This document shows, piece after piece, positions 12,311-23,165 of a DNA stretch of 64,000 nucleotides. The DNA comes from Uloborus diversus (taxonomy: Eukaryota): the NCBI RefSeq assembly GCF_026930045.1, contig NC_072740.1:29492384-29556383 (forward strand), read 5' to 3'. A model generated the notes under the pieces. The model was given only the letters and a program-made list of their open reading frames with translations. It had not been told where the DNA came from and searched no databases. The position numbers and the translations under genes are program-made. Every line of letters starts with the position of its first letter. Position 1 is the stretch's first letter.

Positions 12311-14155
12311 TTGCTTGTATTATTTTCACTTCAAAATCAAGAATTAAATTTCATTCTTTAATTATTTCTGTTACTCTTTAAGACTAATTAATTTTCTAGC
12401 TAAAGAATATTTTCTTAAAGCTGACATCTGATCAGAAATTCATATAAAGATATTTTATTAATAGTACTCGCAATTTAATTTAAAAAATGAAAATTTCTTC
12501 GTTTTGCGTAATACTTATATTAAAATTCATGCTTCTAATAGTATTTTAAAGACATAAAATGCCTAATTAGGAATAATTGAGGAAGTTTTTATAGCACATT
12601 AAAGAGTAAAGATAGCAATAAATAAATAAATAAAATAAAGTATTTCTGAGTGGATGTCAGCATTGAAAATATCCCCTGTACAAAGCTTATGAATTTCACT
12701 CAAAGAATAACATAAATAATCATTGAATAAAATTAATCTTACTCATGAGATTAAAGTGATAATACGAAATTCTGGGCTGCATGTCCGTTGTTTCAAATTC
12801 TAGGGACAAAAAGCCTTTTTTTCGGCCATTTTTATCATTGATCGCACATTGTCTGCAATATGGCTTGTCTAGTACTATATTAATAAACAAATGCAGTTAT
12901 CAGTCATTCATAAATTATTCGTAAAACAAAAGTATTTCAAACTAATAACTAAGCAACCAACTATATTAGTGAAGCCTGAAAATTGCATCGCCACGTGCAG
13001 CGTGAGGAGAACTGGACCGACTGTATCGAAGGTCGAAGGAGGAAGATAACAAGCCAGCAATAGGTGGGACGCTGGGTATAATGAACTCTGCGCATACGCA
13101 ACTATCAACAAAGGTCAACCTGTTCTATTGTGTACTAATTACCCTGAGGGTGACAACATGAAATCAGCACCACCTTGACGCCAACAGCATGAAATCAATA
13201 CCATCTTGATGGCGTCAGCATAGATGCAATGCTGATAATGTAAGGAATAATCAATATTGATAGTTTAAGATGAATGCAATGTTGCATACATGTTGTTATT
13301 GCAATGTTGCTTTTTAATCTTTATGCAACCTTTATGCAGTATGAAACATGCCAATATTGACACCATCAGTATAATATCATGATCTGTCAAGGTTGATGCA
13401 AGAAATTTTGCTGATAGGGAATACTTAATATAACCTCACAGCAAGAGCAGTTATCTCTCCTTAGATACTATAACTGGAATAACCTCAAATATTTGTACAA
13501 TGACGCAGACTGGTTGTGTTGCTACTTCTAAAAAACAATAATAATGATACCAGCAGCAATTCAGAATTAAAAAAAATTGTGGTTTGTAGTTTATATCTTC
13601 AAAAAGTGAGCCTAAACTTGAAAATTCGTAACTCCAGAGCTTGAATACGCTACCTTACGGTGATTAACAATACTAAAGAAAAAGGTAAAACATTCCATTC
13701 CACGTGTTTTCTTTGGGGTGAACTACAGGCTTCAGACAGTTAGTGGTGTAACGTAATTTCAGAAGAATGGAAAAGAAAGCTTCCCACAAACACGATGTGT
13801 CATTCATGATTACTGTCATTCACTAAGCATCAAAGCAAGTTATAAGTTACAGCATGCGTGTGTTTTACCTTTTTCATCCGCCATTAGACAGTGGCTGCAG
13901 CGCCCCCTTTAGTTTATTGGAGTTGTGAATAAGAGAATTTGAGAAGTGTCCCTAATAATTTGGCCACGCACTGCATTTATTATTATTTTTTGAAGTTAAA
14001 TATAAACAATATATTCAGAATCTTTATTTTCCTTTCTTTTTTTTTTTTTGGTATAAGTTTCCCTCTGATATTGGTTTTGTTAAATATTTTGACTGTTCTA
14101 GAATTAAAACCTTAGAAATACATATTTTTTTACATGCTTTGTATGTTTTTTTTAG

Positions 14156-14314
14156 TTGCAAGAGACGTGTTTACTCACTGGTTTGATGTGCTTAAGGGCA
14201 TGTGAAGATTGCAAAATGACCATTCTGCTTAACTTTGAAAAGCAGGAAAGCATTGTTTTAAATGAATGTGATCAGTTTCTGGAAGTTGTTATGAATGTGT
14301 GTGAGAAATTCAAA
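14156..14314 (+). CDS. RO60: TROVE/Ro60-like gene exon (LQETCLLTGLMCLRACEDCKMTILLNFEKQESIVLNECDQFLEVVMNVCEKFK)
   Basis: Acceptor gtatgttttttttag|TTGCAAG (AG 14154-14155); donor TTCAAA|GTAAGT (14315-14320); phase 0 at both ends; TGLMCLRA…ILLNFEKQESIV aligns with Ro60 [25 protein letters not shown]. Confidence 0.6.
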
Positions 14315-14706
14315 GTAAGTGCAATTTTTTTTTTGACAAAATAAATAAATATTGTAATGGGCTCAAATACTACTGAATGAAATATTTTGCATTTGAGATG
14401 TTTTCCCCTCTTGTGTTTCCTTTCTCTCATTTTTATCCATACTGGAACATATGTTTAGAGATGTGCCATGTGCCCGGTTTTGAAAATTATTATTATTTTG
14501 AATCTACACTATATTAAAATCTATGTGTCTGTCAATCTGAAACTTCAATTCAAGAACCATTGGGAGTTGAGAGTTGAACAAGGTACCAAAAAACTCAAAA
14601 TTCAATGAGTAACCCATTTTGCCCAGTCGCATCTTTGTATGACTTTAATTCGCAGTTTATTCATTAAACATCAATCAGCATTCTTTTGTTCTCAACAAAC
14701 TTTCAG

Positions 14707-14750
14707 GTTATTCCATTACCAAAGATGAGACCAAGAAAAATGGGTCTGTG
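14707..14750 (+). CDS. RO60: TROVE/Ro60-like gene micro-exon (VIPLPKMRPRKMGL-)
   Basis: Acceptor caaactttcag|GTTATT; donor CTGTG|GTAAGTTG; phase 0 in, phase 2 out; the IP matches Ro60 …SQIPAGG…. Confidence 0.5.
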
Positions 14751-15073
14751 GTAAGTTGTAATGCTTTTAACTTTTCACTCCAGGGTCCCTGTACCTACCA
14801 CAATTTGTGGTTTAACCAGTTAGATGGAAAGCTGAAGACAGCTATGATTTTTTGATCCACACCATTAACCGAGCAATCCCTGGTCCAACACCCCCAGAGG
14901 TACCAGGATTTTGTGACCATGAGCATATTTAATGTCCCCCAGTCACCATTAATGAAGACAGTGGATCTCCGTCCGGCTAGGATAGAACCCGGAACTCTCC
15001 AATCACGAGTCCAATGCCCTCCAGTCACAAGTCCGATGCCATACCCATCAGGCCATCGTGGCCTTAAGTTGTA

Positions 15074-16754
15074 CAGTGCGGTGCAAAAGTTTCAGCACAA
15101 CCAAAATCTGTTGATAAAAAGAAAAGTACACTCCAAAAAGCTTTGAAATTTTTACTGTATTTAAACACTCAGCGTACAAATTCACGTTTCAAATTTCGAA
15201 ACAATTCATAGAAATTAAAATAAGATTTCATAAAAAAAATCAAAATTTTGCTGTCACAAAAGGTGAGTCACAAAAATGAAATATTTACATTTATTAAAGG
15301 ATAAATGTCTTTTAGTAGTCTATGGTGTCACTATTGTTCCTGATGAACTCGAATTTGCAATTTTAAATTGTTAGCACAAGACATTGGAATGTTTTGGGTG
15401 TAAGACTGTACCAGGCTTCCTCGATTGTTGATTTTAGCTCTTGTACAGAGCAATACTACATCCCATTCTCGTATACGTCACGTGAGAGAAGTTTCCAGAT
15501 GTTTTTTATGAGATTGAGATCTGTGGATTGAGTGCTGGCCAGTTCATTACACTAATATTTTGAGACACAAGTCATTCTTTTGCACTGTGGGAAGTGTATT
15601 GAATTGTTGTCTTGCTGGAAAATCCAATTAGAACCCAATAGGACTTCACGAAACGCCAACAAATGCTGGCTTAGAGTATTTTGATATGCTTCTTAAGTTT
15701 ATCTGCCCTTTAAAAAGCTAAGGGAAGTTCGTCCATTGAAGCAAAAGCGCCCCATACCACTAGCAAGCCACCACCTTGTTGCCTACTGAATATGCACTTT
15801 TGATCTTCCTTCAAGTTACGCCAATAGTGTGAGAATTCATCTGGACCATCTAAATTCCATTTTTTTTCATCTGAAAATATAGCACTTATCCATTTGACAC
15901 TATAATGCATGGGGTGTTTTTCCCACTGCAGTCTTGCTTGTTTATGACACTGTTTCAGAAAAGGTTTGTAAGCTAACCTTTTTTTTGATAAATCTTGATT
16001 CATTTATTTGTGTGCGTGTGGTATACGTGATATTTTTTTCAAAGTCAAGTTTTTATCTGATTAAGAGACAAATTTCCAGTTAGAGCCATTCTTTTAATTA
16101 TTCTATCCTCACGAAAGGTAGTTTTTCTCTCCTTCCTGAGCGATACACAGGATTGAATTGTTTTCCACGTTCCAGAATGTAATATATACCTCGTTTATAG
16201 CAATTTGTCATTTCTGAAATTTCCGTAAGGATTTAACTTCAGCTTTCAGCTTCCAGAGTTTCGAAATTTCTTTCAGACAATAACTGCAGAGACTTCGGCA
16301 TCCCGATAACACGTTAAACCATTGCTACACTTTATAATTTGTTGCAAAGAATGCACTGGTCCTTCACGCATCACGTTTCAAGAGATCTTTGCATTAAATC
16401 TGATTTGTGCATAAACTTTTGGGACAGCCAAAAAATGTGGTTTGTGCTTTCTGTGATTTTTTTTTATGGTTACATTTTTCAAAATTTCAGACACATATTT
16501 AAGATTTTACTAGTCATCAACAGTAGAAATTTGAAAGCATTCGGTTGAATAGTTTTTTTTTAAATTCAAAAATTTGCAATGTGCTTAAATGATGTGTGAT
16601 AGTACATTCCCAAACTACATCAAAACCATTTGAAAATCATGTCAAAAAGAGTGACTAATTTGTTTGTATGTTGGATGGATAGCTATTTTTAATGACCTCG
16701 GTTACACCGCACTTTTTCTTTTTTCCCCGAAAAGTGCAGTATAACGAGGGGTTA

Positions 16755-16757
<3 letters not shown>
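15074..16757 (-). mobile_element. Tc1-like DNA transposon (~1.68 kb) with a pseudogenised transposase, flanked by TA
   Basis: Left end TA|CAGTGCGGTGCAAAAGTTTCAGCAC (15072-); right end …AAAAGTGCAGTATAACGAGGGGTTACTG|TA (ends 16757); minus-strand ORF 15710..16003 (…KPFLKQCHKQARLQWEKHPMHYSVKWISAIFSDEKKWNLDGPDEFSHYWRNLKEDQKCIFSRQQGGGLLVVWGAF) is the Tc1 transposase region just upstream of the DDE core; further DDE-like text on the minus strand at 15300-15700 is interrupted by stops. Confidence 0.75.
15290..16650 (-). pseudogene. Tc1-family transposase pseudogene (stops and frameshifts)
   Basis: Only fragmentary ORFs with transposase similarity; no intact ~340-aa frame. Confidence 0.6.

Positions 16758-16831
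<74 letters not shown>
16758..16831. repeat. (TA)n microsatellite, about 36 units, exactly between two Tc1-like termini
   Basis: Perfect TA run between …GGGGTTACTG and CAGTGCTGG…. Confidence 0.95.
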
Positions 16832-16834
<3 letters not shown>

Positions 16835-18333
16835 TGCTGGTAAAAAAAATTGCATCACCCTTGGGTTTTCACAACCATGGGATTATGTGAGAAGTTTTGG
16901 TCGACCGGTTAACAATAAATGTATGTGAAATTCTGCAAAACTCAGGGATCGCGCTAAGGATTTCGAATCGTTCGCCAGTAAATTCCCCAATTTTTAAAGT
17001 GTTAGCCAAATTTCAAAGGTTTTAGTCAAAGACTAACTTAAACTCATTTTAAATGTATTTTTGTCTGCAGAAATATTTAATCAGTAAGTGAAGTATAACT
17101 TAGTTTTTGACAATTTTTTGAGGATAAGGGCAGGGGTATATCCAGGAATTTTTGTCCGTTTTTAGGAATTCGGTGAGAAAAAAAAATGCTAATTTCAGTA
17201 GTTTTTCCAAATCATATGTAATTTTTCAAAGGAAAAAATGGCTAAAAACAACTTCATGTGATATTTATCATTCTTTAATAAATTTTAGATTAGAAATAAA
17301 AGCTTTAAACAAAGTAAAGACTGCATTCCCATCTTACTCCAATGTTTCAGACATTGAACACAATGAAACAAACGTGCCATTCAACAAGCCATCCGCCATC
17401 ACTTTCTACTCAGTAGCCACGCTGCGCACTCGATATCCAATCAGCGAGAGGCGCAAGTATAGTGACGCAAAGAGGTGAGAGGCAAATGTCATCCTTCCTC
17501 CGATCCGATGAACGGTAACGCTCCGCTCCAATGCTAACGCGCGTGCGCGCACCTCAATCTGCTCGGAGTGTTCCGAGGATAAAACAAATTTCAGTGATTT
17601 CTAGTCTGGGAGTTTTGTGAAAGGTTCTTTTTTAGGGGTCGGAATTTTGTGACGGGTCCGCTTTTTGGAGTCCAAATTTTGTGAACGGACTTAATTTTTA
17701 TCTAGATTGACTTCTGAAGGGAGATTTTTTTTCCTCTGTGTATATTTTAGAGAATTTTCTGTTCGCCAATAAATTCGCCAAATTCGAATTTTGTTCGCTG
17801 ATTTTATCGTATTTGGCGCATTGGCGAATGCTTAACGCGGTCCCTGAAAACTTATGAAATAAACATTTAACAGCAGGAATCCGATAATTGTTTACTTAGA
17901 AAGGGGCTCTTTCCGGGCCAAGGTAAACTGCTGACCCCATGCTCATTTTTCCATTTCTGAACCTGCGTGTGAGTTAAGAGAAAAAAAATTACTTAACCCC
18001 ACATCAATTTAAGTCTAATGGCAAGATAAAGGTTTTTAAATTGTTACTTACCAGTTTTGCCCTATGGCACGAAGCAGAATCATCCTGGAAGATGACGTTT
18101 GGAACTGAAGTAAAGTGATCATGGATAGTAGGAAGCAATTTCTCCTCCAAAATGCCAACATACCCCTGAATGTTTACTGTTCCTTGCACAAAGTGAAGGC
18201 TACTAACTCCTTAATCAGAAATACATCCCCAAATCATCTGGGATACGGAACGCTTGACTGTGTGTTGAATGCAGTCGGGATGATACTCCTCTCCTTTGTG
18301 GTGCGGGTGATGCAATTTTTTTTACCACCACTG
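16832..18333 (-). mobile_element. second Tc1-like element (~1.5 kb, internally degenerate) with near-perfect 30-bp TIRs
   Basis: Left TIR CAGTGCTGGTAAAAAAAATTGCATCACCC (16832-16860) vs right GGGTGATGCAATTTTTTTTACCACCACTG (18305-18333), each flanked by TA; minus-strand ORF 18004..18189 (…VPNVIFQDDSASCHRAKLVSNNL…) is a Tc1 DDE fragment (compare the canonical IFQQDN…H motif). Confidence 0.8.
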
Positions 18334-18349
18334 TATATATATATACACA

Positions 18350-19585
18350 CAGGGTGTTTCTGAACTCTTGGGCAAAACTTTAAGGGGGGATAGTACATAT
18401 GAGGACAAACAATATAATAGCAAAAGTAAGGGTCCCAAACGTCTTCTGAAGGAGATAGGCACCATTTAAGTGTAGGGTCAAAAACTTAAATTGTATGCCT
18501 GAAGGAAGCCTTTCAGACCTCAGAAGTATTCAGCAGAGTAGAAGATGAAAAAAGCACAGGACAAACAAAGTCTTAAGGGAAAAAAATCCTTTTGTTTTAA
18601 CTTATTAGATGAGCTAATAAGACAATGAATTTGACTTACAATGAATCCAGTTCAACAGGAACATTAAAAATATATTGTCATTCTAATGACGAACAACATC
18701 TCATCAAAATGGCTAACAACTTTTTTTGAATTAACTTAGAGAAAATGTATTTTCACAAAATAGAACATTCAATATGATTACGCAATTTTCCTTTGAACTG
18801 GACTAAACGACACTAAAATGCAGACATCATACACAAAAAACATTGAGGGAGAGAGAGCCCTCAAACCTGCAACATTATATAGACGGGAAAACACATGGTG
18901 GAACAACCAACATTTGAAATTTTAATCCCTTATGGAAAACAACAAGCTCTGTTGCCACACACTAAAACTTCAGAAAACATCTCAGAGTTATCACATGCAG
19001 GAACTAACCAAAACCCAATCCAGTTCAGATGAGTGAATCCCCCAACGACGTCACTACCGATTCAACGTTGTTTGTATGTTTATGTAGGAGCAATTTGTCT
19101 GAACCCGATAACCTGATCTGCATGGGGCAAAAACGAATTTTAGATGAAATAACAGTGGGTTATTTTATTATTTTTTTATCTAAAAGAAAATTTGAGTAAA
19201 ATGTTAATACAAATGATCATAAAAAATGGAAAAATTGGTCGATTTGGCTGCGGTTTTCACTAAAATTATTCTTTTTACCAGTATTTTTTTGAAAATAAAT
19301 TTTGAAGATGTAGTTTAAAAAATGCTGATAGAGGGCGCTTTAGACTTTGGAGTAACGAACAACTGTTTTTTACCGCTATTTTTGAATCTCATTTTAGCGA
19401 AAACCGAAAACCAATGAACCCATTTTTCCGTTTTTTATGATCATTTGAAGTTTTTTACTGTAAACTCTAATGCCGCCTATCTCCTTTGGAAAACGTTTGG
19501 GACCCTTATTTTTGTCATTATATTGTTTGTCCAGGTGTGTACTATCACGACTTAAAGTTTTGCCCAAGAGTTCAGAAACACCCTG
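18350..19585. mobile_element. non-autonomous DNA transposon with ~115-bp terminal inverted repeats (hAT-like CAGGGTG terminus), ~1.24 kb, no coding capacity
   Basis: 18350 CAGGGTGTTTCTGAACTCTTGGGCAAAACTTTAAG…GGGTCCCAAACGTCTTCTGAAGGAGATAGGC is the reverse complement of 19477-19585 GCCTATCTCCTTTGGAAAACGTTTGGGACCC…CTTAAAGTTTTGCCCAAGAGTTCAGAAACACCCTG; flanking 8-mers tatataca / tatacata match 6 of 8 (a weak candidate 8-bp TSD). Confidence 0.7.
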
Positions 19586-19742
19586 TATACATAAATTTTT
19601 TTATAAAAAGAAAATTTTTTGCTACTTTTCTAACTAATGTAACAAACATAAGTAAATGTCACATTGTAAATAATATCAAACCACTCGCAACAAAATGTTT
19701 AACTTATATTTTGAACTTGTTTTTTCTTACTCCTTAGTGCAG

Positions 19743-19830
19743 TCCAGATGAAGTCTTCTCATACTCCAAAGTGCCTTTGGAAAACATTTTGTACCATTAT
19801 TTAAGACCAGCTACTATGTATGCAACTAAG
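19743..19830 (+). CDS. RO60: TROVE/Ro60-like gene exon (-PDEVFSYSKVPLENILYHYLRPATMYATK)
   Basis: Acceptor cttactccttagtgcag|TCCAGATG, using the AG at 19741-19742 (the only nearby AG that restores frame from phase 2); donor ACTAAG|GTATGTT (GT 19831-19832); PDEVF aligns with Ro60 PADVFIVF. Confidence 0.5.
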
Positions 19831-20606
19831 GTATGTTAGCTAATTTTTTACTCCTCTATATCAGTTCTGTTTGAGATGACATTTTCTATCTCTTGTTTTG
19901 GTTTTGAAAATTATGTTACTATTAATTCAAGTACTGGAAGTGATGATTATTGTTAAAGAAATTATTTAAGTGAAAATCTCATAAGTCGGATTGGCCTAAA
20001 ATTTGTCTTATGCATTCATGAGGCTTTAAAAACTTGCCTTTAGAATGGCAAAATTATTGAAATATTTTGTATTAAATGGCATATCATTAAACATATCGAG
20101 AAAACTCCTAATAGGCATGCCAAAAATGGAGAAAGAATGTCTTACCTATGGGTGTCACACACACACGCAGAGAGTTGCTAAATTTCTTGGCTTGATATCA
20201 GTGGGTTTTAATATATAATTCCATTAAAATTTATTATCTGCGTATCTTCAAGATTCTTATTCAGACCATACTATTTTTGAAAACAAATTAAAATAACAAA
20301 TGAAAGACTGTTCATTCTTATTATTGTTGTTTATTTTATTGAGAAAATAAATAGTGGACTTAGTTTATTCTGCTTACTTCCAGCAATGCTTTTAATATCC
20401 ATGGAGCTCGATTTCTCTTACAGTGGAAGAAAGGCATATGTTACACTTGATCTTCATTAGTATTTAGTCCTTTCTGTTCTAGAAGAAGGGCATGTGTTAC
20501 AAATTAAAAATTGGTCACCTCAGAGCAACAGTAAAATTTCTAATCCCAGAAATAACACTAAGATATCTTATTGTTAACCTGAGACAATGATATGCCTTTC
20601 TTCTAG

Positions 20607-20702
20607 GAACCCATTCAGTTGTTACCCGCATCAGGTGGCATTGAGCCACCAAAGGTGGCGAACGAGGGTTGGCGAGCAAAACGAATAGGGAGCATCCCCT
20701 AG
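20607..20702 (+). CDS. possible terminal exon of the TROVE/Ro60-like gene (EPIQLLPASGGIEPPKVANEGWRAKRIGSIP*)
   Basis: Acceptor tgcctttcttctag|GAACCC; phase-0 open frame of 31 codons ending in TAG 20700-20702; locally GC-richer than the surrounding intron; weak similarity to the Ro60 C-terminus. Confidence 0.25.
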   Translation, partial: EPIQLLPASGGIEPPKVANEGWRAKRIGSIP

Positions 20703-21928
20703 TTTTATACCATTACATGTTTTTTTCTATTTATTCAACTTCAGAGGTCTTGAAAAACGAGCTGGTTTTTCTCAGTTAAACATGTGTAGTTAATATTTTA
20801 GCACTCCTATTGCTGTTGAATAAAAAAACATTTTTCATTGTTCTGTAAAACCATAAAGTAAATATCTGAACTAGGTAGATATTTTTAAAAGTAATGTCTC
20901 ATGCTTTGCATATGATGAGGGTAAAGGAAGTCATTTGTTAAAAAATGAGCATAATGTCATTTCTGTCTTTTATTTTTTTTCACAGTTATTACATCTGGTA
21001 AAAACATTTACAACATGATTTTAGATTTTAATAGACTTTTAGTAAATACATATGTTTAAAGAAACTTTTATGAAATGTTGCATTGAAAGTATTGATAACA
21101 GAAGCATTTAAAATATTCATATGTCTTGTTAAGAGTGGTTACAAATTATTGAGCTTATTTTGCACACGAAGAAATATATCCATAACACTGCCTGAAGCAA
21201 AAGAAAAGGTATAAAAACAAGACATCATAGGCAATATTCTGGCTTTTTATAGAGGTGAAAGGTTACTTTATAATTATTAAAAATTTTCAAATGCTTTTAC
21301 TTTAGACAGCTTTCTGCGTTACAAAGAATTTGGTTTAGAAAAAATTACTCTGCATATTATTAATATAGGAATATCCCTGATGCCAATAGTAAATTAAACG
21401 TTTCTGAATAAATTTTTAAAAAATCTTATGTGCTTTAGTTAATCTTCTGATACCTCTAAGATTACTTTCATATGCTGTTTTTGCAGAAGTGTCTGAGACA
21501 AACCAGGTAAATAATATAAAATTTTAAAAATTGAAAAGTGACTGACCTGCAATCCTATCAGCGAAAAGTCATTAATGTTAAACAAAACTCAAACTTGATT
21601 TCTATCTAAACATTTTTGTTTGGTGCTTCACTAGTTATCCAGAGAAGCTGGAATCACAGAGCTGAAAACTATTTGAGTTAATCAATTAGTAAGGTTTGTT
21701 TCCTTAACCTCTTTTCATATTTGTTGACTTCTTAAAGAGTAAGAAATGTGCTCCAAATAATAATATTATAAGGTTGTAAAAATATCTGAATTGATAATAT
21801 ATGAGTGTTGTGTATACAAGTAGCTTTTAATTTGGCAATAAATGTTTGCAATTGCTTTACGTATTTTTATATTACTTTCAATAAAAGCTTTTTCAGCTTA
21901 AATAGCAAAAAACATCCATTTTAAAGTT

Positions 21929-22237
21929 TCAAATAAATCTTTTTACATAAATACTTAATATTACAACTGTAAAAGTTAGGTAATTATATGGAATAAAACC
22001 TTGAGCTCCATTGGAGAAACAATCTAGATCAGTTTTGAATGCATCAATAAAAGACTTGTTCATATTAACACATTTTGCTTCTCTTAGATCATCTATTGAA
22101 AACTGTGCACAATTAATGTCACTACAGCTGTGTTGATAGTCATATTCACGTATCCACTCCCATATCCATGCCAGTTGGCAATCACAGTGTAGTTGGTTTC
22201 CAGATAGTTCAAGTTGCTGCAGTTGACTTTGTGCTCC
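21929..22237 (-). CDS. chp: chaoptin-like protein, terminal coding exon: last LRR, LRRCT and hydrophobic GPI-signal-like tail, stop TGA (21929-21931)
   Basis: Acceptor ttattctatttttccag|GGAGCACAA (AG = complement of 22238-22239); translation GAQSQLQQLELSGNQLHCDCQLAWIWEWIREYDYQHSCSDINCAQFSIDDLREAKCVNMNKSFIDAFKTDLDCFSNGAQGFIPYNYLTFTVVILSIYVKRFI*; CDC..W..W is the LRRCT signature and matches the chaoptin C-terminus (…LNCDCDLGWVEFW…); small residues (SNGA) followed by a hydrophobic tail are consistent with GPI anchoring, as in Drosophila chaoptin. Confidence 0.7.
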   Translation of the reverse strand, partial: GAQSQLQQLELSGNQLHCDCQLAWIWEWIREYDYQHSCSDINCAQFSIDDLREAKCVNMNKSFIDAFKTDLDCFSNGAQGFIPYNYLTFTVVILSIYVKRFI

Positions 22238-22939
22238 CTGGAAAAATAGAATAATGTCATTTCTAAATTTAGTACTTTCATATTAATAAATGCTATAGTT
22301 ATTATTTCTAATTCATCAGAATAGTACTCTTTCTATTTTTTTTATATTAAACTGCAGCATTGTAATAATATCAATTGAGGCATTACGAACAACAACAACA
22401 AAAAAAATTATTAAATTTTGTTTTAAAGCTTTAGCTATTCTTCTTGAATTAAATTTTAAAACCAATCATTATTTTATAGAATTGAATTCCTTTTCAAATT
22501 TTCCTTTTTGGGATACATTTTTTGGGATGCATGCAACTCCTAAAAACATCCAGACACTGAGTATTAGGGTGGGTTACTGTCCTGTGGTAAAAAACAAAGA
22601 TTACGATTTTCGTTGGGCAGGGCAAGAAAATGGTGCCAAATAACATTTTAAGGTTATATATAAAATTTCATTCAATAAGGAGATCATTTTGTGCCTCTGG
22701 TTTGAGTTTGAAAAACCTGTATTTAAGGAAAAGTAATCTATCTTTATTAAAAAACTGATAAACAAAATTACAAATATGTATAACAGCTTAAAATTTTCCA
22801 AGTATTAATCATTTATTTACTACAATATGATAATCATTAATTTAGAAAATTTAAAATATTCATCTTTAAATAGCTTGAAAGTCCTTCTTACAATCAAGTT
22901 TTGGCATAAGTTTCTGGGACTGCACAATGTAGTTGAAAC

Positions 22940-23165
22940 TTCTGTCAGTTCTAACTGCCCTTTCACAGGGGTGCCCAATCCCCTGCATAAGGACGATGGT
23001 GCACTCCCTCAAATGCTGGGGAGTATCCCTGTCCCCCTGCCAGAAAATAAGATCAAAAACCCTGTCAAATTCAAATCAACCCACCTAAAAATTTTAAGGC
23101 TGCAGTATGCGCCATGAACCCCCCCCCCCTCTGGTGGGCTCCCCTGCCTTTCAACAGCCTGTTTA
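22940..23165. repeat. interspersed repeat with a C11 tract, in the chaoptin intron
   Basis: ggggtgcccaatcccctgcataaggacgatggtgcactccctc…ccatgaaccccccccccctctggtgggctcccctgcc resembles the reverse complement of 26215-26385. Confidence 0.5.

Noticed and set aside
16655-16928. Overlapping ORFs on both strands rich in YIYIYI or IYIYIY
   Set aside because: They are translation of the (TA)36 microsatellite
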